DNA of 32,000 nt, from the NCBI GenBank assembly GCA_043808785.1, contig JAZDEL010000010.1, forward strand, positions 90,001 to 122,000. The letters run 5' to 3'. This document shows, in pieces, positions 25,176-32,000 of the stretch. How positions within the stretch are numbered: position 1 is the stretch's first letter; every line of letters begins with the position of its first letter. The stretch is from Candidatus Iainarchaeum sp. (GTDB lineage: Archaea; Iainarchaeota; Iainarchaeia; Iainarchaeales; JAZDEL01). A program made the translations under genes and the position numbers. Under the pieces are notes generated by a model. That model was not told the origin of the DNA. It ran no database searches and was given only the letters and a program-made list of their open reading frames with translations.

Positions 25176-26024
25176 ATGAGAAAGGACGAGGTGCTATCCG
25201 CACTGCGCGACATGCGCGACGCATCTGCACAGCGCAAGTTCAGGCAGTCCGTCGACCTTACAATCAACTTCAGGGGCATAGACTTCAGGAAGCCCGAAAA
25301 CGCGGTAGATGTGGATGTTTCGATGCCCAACGCCACGGGCAAGCAGTCAACCGGAAAGGCAGTTGTTTTCGTCCGCGACAAGGACTTTGCGCACAAACTG
25401 AAGGGCAGGGCGGACAGGATTGTGCTTGAATCCGAAATTGCCGCGCTCAAGAAAAATGATGTTGATGACATAATCCGCAATTACTCGGTGCTCCTTGCGG
25501 AAGGGCCTGTTATGCTCACAGTAGCAAAGCACCTCGGCCAGCAGCTTGCCCCGAAAGGCAAGATGCCCAGGCCGATAACGCCCGACATGAACACATTCGA
25601 GGACGCGATAAGCGGGATGAGCAGCAGCGTTAAGGTAACGACAAAGAAAGGCAAGAGCATGCCTCTGGTGCATGTGAACATCGGCAAGGAGGACATGCAG
25701 GACGAGAAACTCGCGGAAAACGTAATGGCTGTTTATGGCGCAATTGTCCCCGCCCTGAAAGAGAAGGAGCAGAGCGTGAAATCCGTTTATGTGAAACTTA
25801 CAATGGGCCCCGCGGTTAAGGTGGGTTCAAAGAGCCCTGTCGAGAAGCAGGAAAAGAAATCCAAAAAAACAAAAATAAAAGAAGAAACCGCTGCCGAGGG
25901 TTCGGAAGGGCAGGCGAAAACAAAAAAGCACGCGCCTGCGGAAGGGGCTGAAAAAACAAAAAAGCACGCTCCCGCCGAGGGTTCGGAAGGTTCAGGTTCC
26001 AAGGGCGAGGGTGGTGCTGAATGA
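25176..26024 (+). CDS. rpl1: 50S ribosomal protein L1 with a Lys/Glu/Ala-rich C-terminal extension
   Basis: QSVDLTINFRGIDFRKPEN..., ...SSVKVTTKKGKSMPLVHVNIGKEDM and ...VYVKLTMGPAVKV are typical L1. SD ggaggcggga lies upstream. The tail begins at about 25824. Confidence 0.9.
   Translation: MRKDEVLSALRDMRDASAQRKFRQSVDLTINFRGIDFRKPENAVDVDVSMPNATGKQSTGKAVVFVRDKDFAHKLKGRADRIVLESEIAALKKNDVDDIIRNYSVLLAEGPVMLTVAKHLGQQLAPKGKMPRPITPDMNTFEDAISGMSSSVKVTTKKGKSMPLVHVNIGKEDMQDEKLAENVMAVYGAIVPALKEKEQSVKSVYVKLTMGPAVKVGSKSPVEKQEKKSKKTKIKEETAAEGSEGQAKTKKHAPAEGAEKTKKHAPAEGSEGSGSKGEGGAE
25890..25990 (+). repeat. Short in-frame tandem/direct repeats in the L1 tail
   Basis: KTKKHAPAEG is encoded twice (aaaacaaaaaagcacgc.cc.gc.ga.gg). 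gccgagggttcggaagg occurs at 25893 and 25974. Confidence 0.6.
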
Positions 26025-27028
26025 CCAGCCACACAAGGCCATGGAAAGACGCCCAGCTCGTGGAGCTGAAACAGCTCGCGGGAAAGTACCCCGTGATTGC
26101 GATAGCGGATATTTCAATGTTCCCCGCTGCTCTCTTCCAGGACATAAGGAAGAAACTGCACAGCAAGGCCGTGGTTAAAGTTTCGAAAGTGCGCCTTATG
26201 CAGATGGCACTTGAAAGCGCGGGCGAAAAGAAAGCGCTCAGGCCCTACACGGAAAAATCCTGCGCGATAATTTTCACGGAGATGAACCCTTTCGAGGTTT
26301 ACGCTTTCCTGAAAAAGAACAAGGGAAGCATGTACGCAAAGGAGGGCATGTTGGCGGAGGCTGACATAACGATTCCGGCAAGGGACACCGGGCTTCCCCC
26401 CGGTCCCGCACTGAGCGAACTGAAGGCTGTCGGCCTGCAGATACAGGTGCAGGGCTCGACAATACACATCACAAAAGATAAGGTCGTTACAAAGGCGGGG
26501 GAGGTTATCACGGGCCCTGTTGCGGGCACGCTGCAGAAACTCGACATAAAACCCGTGAAAGTGGGCCTTAAACTTGTTGCAGCGTTCGAGAACGGGCAGG
26601 TTTTCGAGGGCAAGGTGCTTGATATTGACACGGACGCGGTGTTCGCGAACTTCATGCGTGCCTACTCGGAATCGCTGAACCTCGCAGTATTCGTGCGCTA
26701 CCCGACAAAGGAAAGCACGCCGCTGCTCGTGCAGAAGGCGTTCAGGGAAGCAAAGGAAGTCGCGTTCGCGGGAAATGTTTTCAACGAGGAAACGCTTCCC
26801 TCAATCCTTGCCGAGGCTTACGCCCAGGCGAAGGCGCTGAAGGGGGAAGTGAAGGAGCCGGCGGCAAAGGCGGAAGGCGCGGAGGGTGCGGAAGCACAGG
26901 CCGCAGCGGAACCCGCGGCAGGTGCGGAGCCGGCGAAGGAAGCCGAACCCGCAAAGGAGCCGAAGGAAGCGGCACCGGCGAAAGAGGCAAAAGATGCCGA
27001 ACAGGAAAAAAAGGAGGGCGCAGCGTAA
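26021..27028 (+). CDS. rplP0: 50S ribosomal stalk protein P0 (L10)
   Basis: ATGA overlap with the rpl1 stop. WKDAQLVELKQLAGKYPVIAIADISMFPAALFQDIRKKL is the typical P0 N-domain. The C-terminus is Ala/Glu/Pro/Lys-rich and ends ...EQEKKEGAA. Confidence 0.9.
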   Translation: MTSHTRPWKDAQLVELKQLAGKYPVIAIADISMFPAALFQDIRKKLHSKAVVKVSKVRLMQMALESAGEKKALRPYTEKSCAIIFTEMNPFEVYAFLKKNKGSMYAKEGMLAEADITIPARDTGLPPGPALSELKAVGLQIQVQGSTIHITKDKVVTKAGEVITGPVAGTLQKLDIKPVKVGLKLVAAFENGQVFEGKVLDIDTDAVFANFMRAYSESLNLAVFVRYPTKESTPLLVQKAFREAKEVAFAGNVFNEETLPSILAEAYAQAKALKGEVKEPAAKAEGAEGAEAQAAAEPAAGAEPAKEAEPAKEPKEAAPAKEAKDAEQEKKEGAA

Positions 27029-27062
27029 TTCTTAACAAATAACGCTTAAAGAGGTGAAAACA

Positions 27063-27362
27063 ATGGAGTATGTCTACAGTGCAATGCTGCTTCACGCCGC
27101 AAAGAAGCCTATAGATGAAAAGGCCGTAACTGCGGTGCTTGAGGCTGCCGGGGTAAAGGCGGACCCTGCGAGGGTGAAAGCCCTTGTTGCTTCGCTCAAG
27201 GAAGTAAACATAGGCGAGGCAATAAAGCAGGCGGCGGTCGTGCAGGCTCCTGCGGCACAGGCAAAGGCTGAAGCAAAGGCAGAGAAAGCCGACGAACCGG
27301 AAGAAGACACAAAGAAGTCCGAGGAAGAGGCAGCTGCAGGGCTGGGAAGCTTGTTCGGGTAA
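27063..27362 (+). CDS. rpl12: 50S ribosomal stalk protein P1 (L12)
   Basis: [31 protein letters not shown]... ends with the conserved [13 protein letters not shown]. The ATG at 27063 is preceded by SD gaggtga; the track GTG at 27054 lies inside the SD. Confidence 0.9.
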   Translation: MEYVYSAMLLHAAKKPIDEKAVTAVLEAAGVKADPARVKALVASLKEVNIGEAIKQAAVVQAPAAQAKAEAKAEKADEPEEDTKKSEEEAAAGLGSLFG

Positions 27363-27371
27363 TTCCGTAGC

Positions 27372-27394
27372 GCGCCCCGCTCAGTACGGGGCGC
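27372..27394 (+). terminator. GC-rich hairpin just after the rpl12 stop
   Basis: gcgccccg-ctcagta-cggggcgc gives an 8-bp perfect stem 10 nt after the stop. No clear oligo-T follows, so a terminator role is uncertain. Confidence 0.3.
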
Positions 27395-27532
27395 AAACGG
27401 TTCCCGCAACATCCCGACCTGCAGGCACCGAGCCGCACGGCTATCCGCATACTTTGGCGCCCTGCGCACATGCAAACCCGCCCTCCCAAGCCACGCGCCG
27501 CGGCAAAACTATTTAATAATACCTCGACCATT

Positions 27533-29890
27533 ATGGTTAGTGGTGTGATTTTGCGCAAAGTTCTTTTTGCATTCGCGATTTTCTCGCTCCTGCTCTTGAT
27601 TGCACACCCCGCAATCGCCGCTGCCGTAACCAAAGGCGAAATGAAGATTTACGCCGTAACAACCGAGGGCAAGGGCCTCAGTTCCAGCCTTGTTGTCGAG
27701 ATTGTGCCCGGCACGGGAAAGGTGTGGAGCTCCGTCGAACCCCTGGTTGGGACAACAACCCAGAACACCGAGCGCATTGCAGTGGAACTCGCGAAGAACT
27801 ATTCAAAGGAAGTGAATTCCCACGATTATAAGTTCACCATAAATTCCGACGCGTCCGTTGTAGAGGGCCCGAGCGCGGGCGCCGCAATGGCGCTTCTTGT
27901 TATTTCAATGCTCGAGGGCAGGCAGCTTCCCGCGAATGTAAGCGTCACAGGCACGATAACGAGGGACGGGCGGATAGGGGGTGTCGGGGGGGTTTTTGAA
28001 AAGGCGCGCGCGGCATCAGAAAGCGGGATAAAGCTTTTCCTCGTGCCGCAGGGCGAGGCAAAGCAAACAGTGAAATTGGACGGCAATGTGCAGAGCGTGA
28101 ACCTCCTTGAATATGCCCCGCAGGCTTGGGGCCTAAAGGTTGTCGAAGTTGAAACCATAGATGACGTGCTGAAATATGCGTTCTCCGACATAGGGAGCAT
28201 CGATGTAAATGTTTCCCCTTCCGCGGGAATCGTGGATTTCGTTCCCGTGCCCGTGAATTACGCGGAGAACGCCGCGCCGATGAAGCAGCTTACCTCGCGC
28301 TACCTGCAGGAAACAAGGGAAATGATAAATGTCGCCAGAAACTCCCTCTCGACAACCCTGCTCGAGGACAACGCGCTTGTTAACGGGCTCCTCGAGAGCC
28401 TCAAGGGTTCGGAAGAGGCGCTGCACATGGCAGAAATATTGAACGACCAGAACTACCTTTACAGCGCCGCGAATTACTCTTTCCTTGCAAGGGCGAACGC
28501 AATGCTCGTGAAGGACATTTCCGACAACCCCTCGCTGCTGAACGATAACTCGACAGCATTTGAACTGAAAATTTTCGACCTCAAGGGAAAGGTTTCCTCG
28601 CTGAGGGAGGCGCTTGATTCTTACGTGCCCGTTGATTACCTCGAGTGGCACATCTCCGCACAGCAGAGGCTCGCATATGCGGAACTTAACCTGCAGAAAC
28701 TCACGGGAACGCAGACAATTGTCATAGGCGGGGACGAGGATGCCGCAACCTCCCTTGCGCTGCAGAACCTGCAGGATTACGAGTTCGCTTTGGCATGGTA
28801 CGGGGTTGCGAACGACTTTTACCAGGTAAGCAGGGTTTCGAAGAAAAAGGTCGTGCCGGGGGATGAGTTCAGGACAAGCATGGATGAATTAATAGTTGCC
28901 GCCGAGAATGCCCTTGCGGCAAGCGGCAAGAGCGATGCCGACGCGGAGGAAATCCTGCGCAGGCTTAATGCCGCAAAATATGAGAAGGGGCAGGGCTGGT
29001 ATCTTGCGTCCGTTTTCGACGCGGCCTCCGCATATGCCCTTCTTGTGAGCGAGCAGGCGTCCGCGGATAAGGATGCCGCAGGCCTGCAGGCCACGCTTTC
29101 GCAGATGATATCCGCGCTCGACAAGAACATGGCCGCCTCAAGTAACGCGTTCCTCTGGCCCAGGCTTTACCTTGACCACGCGAAATATTATTATGCCTCC
29201 GCTGAATTTTACGCCGATAAATCCCAGAATATTTCCGCATCCGCCTCGCTGAAAAACGGGATAAGCCTCGCATTCCTTGCGGGGCAGCTCTTCAACGCAT
29301 CCGACAGCATACTTTCGTATTATTCCGCCCTGCCTGGGAGCGAATACATCATAGAGAAACCTGTAACCGCCGGGGAGGTAGGGCAGCCTCAGCAGCCGCA
29401 GGACAACACCCTGCTCATTGCGGGCGTGTGCGCGGCGGTTCTTGCGCTTGTAATTTCACTCCTGCTCGTCCTCAGGCTGAGGGCTGCAGCAGCCGCACCC
29501 CCCCCTCTCGGCTCCGAAATCTCGCGCCTGAAGGAACTGCAGAGGAAAGCCGACGAGGCTTTCATGAAGGGCAAAATGGGCGAGGAAAAGCACACCGCAC
29601 TTGTGAAGGGATACAGGACGGAGATTGCCGAGCTCGGCGGCCTGCGCAGGACGCAGGGCATGCACACGCTTGAACTCGACAGGCTTAAATCCGAAGTTGT
29701 CGCCTTTACCCTGCGCCTGCGGGAGTTGAGGCAGCACTTCAACGACGGCATCCTCACAAAGAAAGAGTACGGGCGCACAATGCAGGAATACGGGAAGCAC
29801 ATCTCGGAACTTCAGAATGGAATTGAGAAGGAGATTCGTTTCCTCGACGGCGTCAAGAGTGCGGGAAAGAAACTCTCTAAGCGCACCTGA
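27533..29890 (+). CDS. Membrane-anchored Lon-like (S16) serine peptidase with a long helical ectodomain, a second TM and a cytoplasmic SHOCT-like coiled-coil tail
   Basis: Start at ATG 27533 (MVSGVILRKVLFAFAIFSLLLLIAHPAIAA), with TATA-like tatttaataa upstream. Lon proteolytic-domain motifs VVEGPSAGAAMALLVISML...VTGTITRDGRIGGVGGVFEKARAA (Ser-Lys dyad context). TM LLIAGVCAAVLALVISLLLVL. SHOCT-like LRELRQHFNDGILTKKEYGRTMQEY. Confidence 0.7.
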   Translation: MVSGVILRKVLFAFAIFSLLLLIAHPAIAAAVTKGEMKIYAVTTEGKGLSSSLVVEIVPGTGKVWSSVEPLVGTTTQNTERIAVELAKNYSKEVNSHDYKFTINSDASVVEGPSAGAAMALLVISMLEGRQLPANVSVTGTITRDGRIGGVGGVFEKARAASESGIKLFLVPQGEAKQTVKLDGNVQSVNLLEYAPQAWGLKVVEVETIDDVLKYAFSDIGSIDVNVSPSAGIVDFVPVPVNYAENAAPMKQLTSRYLQETREMINVARNSLSTTLLEDNALVNGLLESLKGSEEALHMAEILNDQNYLYSAANYSFLARANAMLVKDISDNPSLLNDNSTAFELKIFDLKGKVSSLREALDSYVPVDYLEWHISAQQRLAYAELNLQKLTGTQTIVIGGDEDAATSLALQNLQDYEFALAWYGVANDFYQVSRVSKKKVVPGDEFRTSMDELIVAAENALAASGKSDADAEEILRRLNAAKYEKGQGWYLASVFDAASAYALLVSEQASADKDAAGLQATLSQMISALDKNMAASSNAFLWPRLYLDHAKYYYASAEFYADKSQNISASASLKNGISLAFLAGQLFNASDSILSYYSALPGSEYIIEKPVTAGEVGQPQQPQDNTLLIAGVCAAVLALVISLLLVLRLRAAAAAPPPLGSEISRLKELQRKADEAFMKGKMGEEKHTALVKGYRTEIAELGGLRRTQGMHTLELDRLKSEVVAFTLRLRELRQHFNDGILTKKEYGRTMQEYGKHISELQNGIEKEIRFLDGVKSAGKKLSKRT

Positions 29891-30035
29891 TGGGGCTTAG
29901 GACGCGGGGAAGAACTTTTCAAAGCGCGGTTGATAGGTGCGGACAAAACCCGGAACCGAACTTCAAAGCGCGGCAATTGATTGCCCCCGGTTCCGGCAAA
30001 ATGCAAACTTCGGCTTTTAGGCGGGCGGTTTTCCC

Positions 30036-30212
30036 TTACCCTTCCTTCTTCTTCGGCCGCATTATTTCGCTGTCGGGGCCCCTCGGGATTCCCCTGCCCT
30101 TTAAAGTGTCGAGCCCCGAAGCCTGGAACTTATCCCTGCACTTCTGCGAGCAGAAAACAGAATCATCCTTTACTTCAAATATCATTCCGCAGCGCGGGCA
30201 CATTTTCTTCAT
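30036..30212 (-). CDS. Small zinc-ribbon-like protein (58 aa)
   Basis: ORF below the track cutoff: MKKMCPRCGMIFEVKDDSVFCSQKCRDKFQASGLDTLKGRGIPRGPDSEIMRPKKKEG, with CxxC...CxxxC. Confidence 0.4.
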   Translation of the reverse strand: MKKMCPRCGMIFEVKDDSVFCSQKCRDKFQASGLDTLKGRGIPRGPDSEIMRPKKKEG

Positions 30213-30286
30213 GAATACACCCCCACGTAACTATGGAAAAAATAGGTTAGGAACTGATTAAATAACCCGTCTTTGCGGGGTTTTGC

Positions 30287-30384
30287 ATGGTTGCAAAAAA
30301 CAAAAATCCGCAGGCGGATTCCGCGGTTTGCGGAAAACAAAAACAACCCGCCAACGCGGGTTCGCGGTTGTTGTTTTGTGCGGC
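30287..30384 (-). terminator. Hairpins plus oligo-T tracts (minus-strand sense) downstream of the pyrophosphatase gene
   Basis: atccgc-ag-gcggat hairpin and the imperfect long stem caaaaacaacccgc...gcggttgttgttttg. The plus-strand A-runs (aaaaaacaaaaa, aaaacaaaaacaa) read as T-tracts on the coding strand of hppA. Confidence 0.4.
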
Positions 30385-32000
30385 TTATAGGAACAGCGGC
30401 AGCAAAACCAGTGTTATCGTGCCCAGAAGCTTTATCAGCACGTGCAGGCTCGGCCCTGCCGTGTCCTTGAGCGGGTCCCCAACAGTGTCACCCGTTACCG
30501 CAGCCTTGTGCGCGTCAGAGCCCTTTCCGCCGAAATGCCCTTCCTCGATATACTTCTTTGCGTTGTCCATCGCCCCCCCGCCGTTGTTCATGAACAGCGC
30601 GGTAATTATTCCCGTAATCGTGCCCACCATCAGGAACGCGCCTATTGCCTCCGCCTTCAGCAGCATCCCGACGGCAACCGTTGTAGCGACAACAAGCACA
30701 CCCGGCAGGACCATTTCCTTCAGGGAAGCGCTTACGCATATATCGACGCACCTTGCATAATCCGGCTTTTGTTTGCCCTTCATTATGCCCGGCATCTCCT
30801 TGAACTGCCTCCTGACCTCGTTCACGATGGAGTATGCCGTCTTCCCCACGGCCCTTATCGCAAGCGAACTGAACATGAAAATCAGCGCAGCGCCCAGCAG
30901 TGCGCCGACAAACACGGGCACCTTTGAGATGTCAATTGACGGCAGTTTTGCGTCGACCATGAACGCCGAAAACAGCAGGAACGCGGCAAGCCCCGCGGAC
31001 CCTACGGCGTAACCCTTTGTCAGCGCCTTTGTCGTGTTCCCGACGGCATCAAGCCTGTCGGTAATCTTCCTCACTTTCTCGGGCTGGCCCGACATCTCGA
31101 CTATACCGCCCGCGTTGTCCGTAATCGGCCCGAAAGTGTCCATCGAAAGTATGTATGCGGCAGTCGAGAGCATGCCCATTGTCGCTACGGCGGTTCCGAA
31201 AAGCCCGCCCTGCGCAACCCCGCTCCATTCCCCGAGCATGAAAGACGCAATAAGCGCCGCCCCGAGCACAACCGCGGGCAGTGCCGTGCTCTCAAGCCCC
31301 ACCGCAATTCCCGAAATTATGTTTGTCGCGTGCCCTGTCCTCGATGCCTCCGCAATTGTCTTGACAGGCCTGTATCTCCTTTCTGTGTAATAAACCGTAA
31401 TCCACACGAACAGGATTGATGCGATTATGCCCACGCACCCCGCATAGAAGAAAAATATGTTCCCGAGCAGCACCTCGGTTGCCATGTAAAGCCCCACAAC
31501 CGCAAGCGCGGCGGTTACGTAATATCCCCTGTTCAGCGCGTTCATCGGGTCCTCGGTTTCCCTTGCATCTACGGTAATTATCCCTATTATGGATGCGACA
31601 AGCCCGACAGCCCTTGCCACGAGCGGGAAAAGAATTCCGTTCAGGCCGAATACGGGGTACAGTGCAACCCCCAAAATCATTGCACCAATGTTCTCCGCTG
31701 CCGTGCTTTCAAACAGGTCAGCGCCCCTGCCTGCGCAGTCCCCGACATTGTCCCCCACCAAATCCGCAATTACCGCGGGGTTCCGAGGGTCGTCCTCGGG
31801 TATTCCCGCCTCAATCTTCCCGACCAAATCCGCGCCGACATCCGCGGCCTTTGTGTAAATTCCGCCTCCCAATTGCGCGAACAGCGCAACAAAGCTCGCA
31901 CCGAAACCGTAACCCACAATCACGAACGGCAGTTCCTCCGCGGTGAGCCCGAATATCGCCTGATAAGCGACATATATTACGGTTATTCCGAGCAGGGACA
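30385..32000 (-). CDS. hppA: Membrane-bound proton-translocating pyrophosphatase, K+-independent type; N-terminus off-window
   Basis: GGGIYTKAADVGADLVGKIEAGIPEDDPRNPAVIADLVGDNVGDCAGRGADLFES is the canonical M-PPase motif. GNTTKALTKG has Lys/Thr at the positions that distinguish K+-independent enzymes. The frame stays open past the GTG at 31923 to base 32000. Confidence 0.9.
   Translation of the reverse strand, partial: SLLGITVIYVAYQAIFGLTAEELPFVIVGYGFGASFVALFAQLGGGIYTKAADVGADLVGKIEAGIPEDDPRNPAVIADLVGDNVGDCAGRGADLFESTAAENIGAMILGVALYPVFGLNGILFPLVARAVGLVASIIGIITVDARETEDPMNALNRGYYVTAALAVVGLYMATEVLLGNIFFFYAGCVGIIASILFVWITVYYTERRYRPVKTIAEASRTGHATNIISGIAVGLESTALPAVVLGAALIASFMLGEWSGVAQGGLFGTAVATMGMLSTAAYILSMDTFGPITDNAGGIVEMSGQPEKVRKITDRLDAVGNTTKALTKGYAVGSAGLAAFLLFSAFMVDAKLPSIDISKVPVFVGALLGAALIFMFSSLAIRAVGKTAYSIVNEVRRQFKEMPGIMKGKQKPDYARCVDICVSASLKEMVLPGVLVVATTVAVGMLLKAEAIGAFLMVGTITGIITALFMNNGGGAMDNAKKYIEEGHFGGKGSDAHKAAVTGDTVGDPLKDTAGPSLHVLIKLLGTITLVLLPLFL

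Noticed and set aside
13617-30286. Shared 13-mer tttgcggggtttt (13619-13631 and 30273-30285) as evidence for a dispersed repeat family
   Set aside because: A match of this length is within chance expectation for 32 kb on both strands. The 30.3-kb site is adequately explained as the hppA terminator region.

Overview
Archaeal chromosomal fragment with two clearly different compositions. From about 10.2 kb to 32 kb it is GC-rich core genome. This part holds the pyrB-pyrI-pyrD-pyrK operon (minus strand), ftsZ, and the conserved archaeal secE-spt5-rpl11 ... rpl1-rplP0-rpl12 cluster. It also holds a membrane-anchored Lon-like (S16) peptidase and a K+-independent-type H+-pyrophosphatase that runs off the right edge. 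The ribosomal cluster is interrupted twice. A 305-aa kinase-like orphan lies between ftsZ and secE. A 7.7-kb insert lies between rpl11 and rpl1, dominated by a 2178-aa secreted multi-domain protein on the opposite strand. L11, L1 and P0 all carry unusual Ala/Pro/Glu/Lys-rich C-terminal tails, and P0 lacks the conserved stalk C-terminal peptide that P1 keeps. Bases 1 to about 4977 form an AT-rich block: a truncated P-loop NTPase plus a multi-pass membrane protein, a secreted orphan, and a PIN-like protein. The composition jumps exactly at the ATGA junction between the PIN-like gene and a small RHH gene. The most unusual structure lies at 5.1-10.2 kb. Four intact, diverged paralogues of a 54-aa hydrophobic mini-protein (all on the plus strand, about 1.1-1.5 kb apart) alternate with unrelated toxin-like or protein-modifying genes: TrkA-C plus a GT2-like protein, a GNAT, a Fic and a Bro-N protein. 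I saw no integrase, transposase, CRISPR array, rRNA or tRNA. All calls rest on reading the translations and sequence by eye; no database searches were run.
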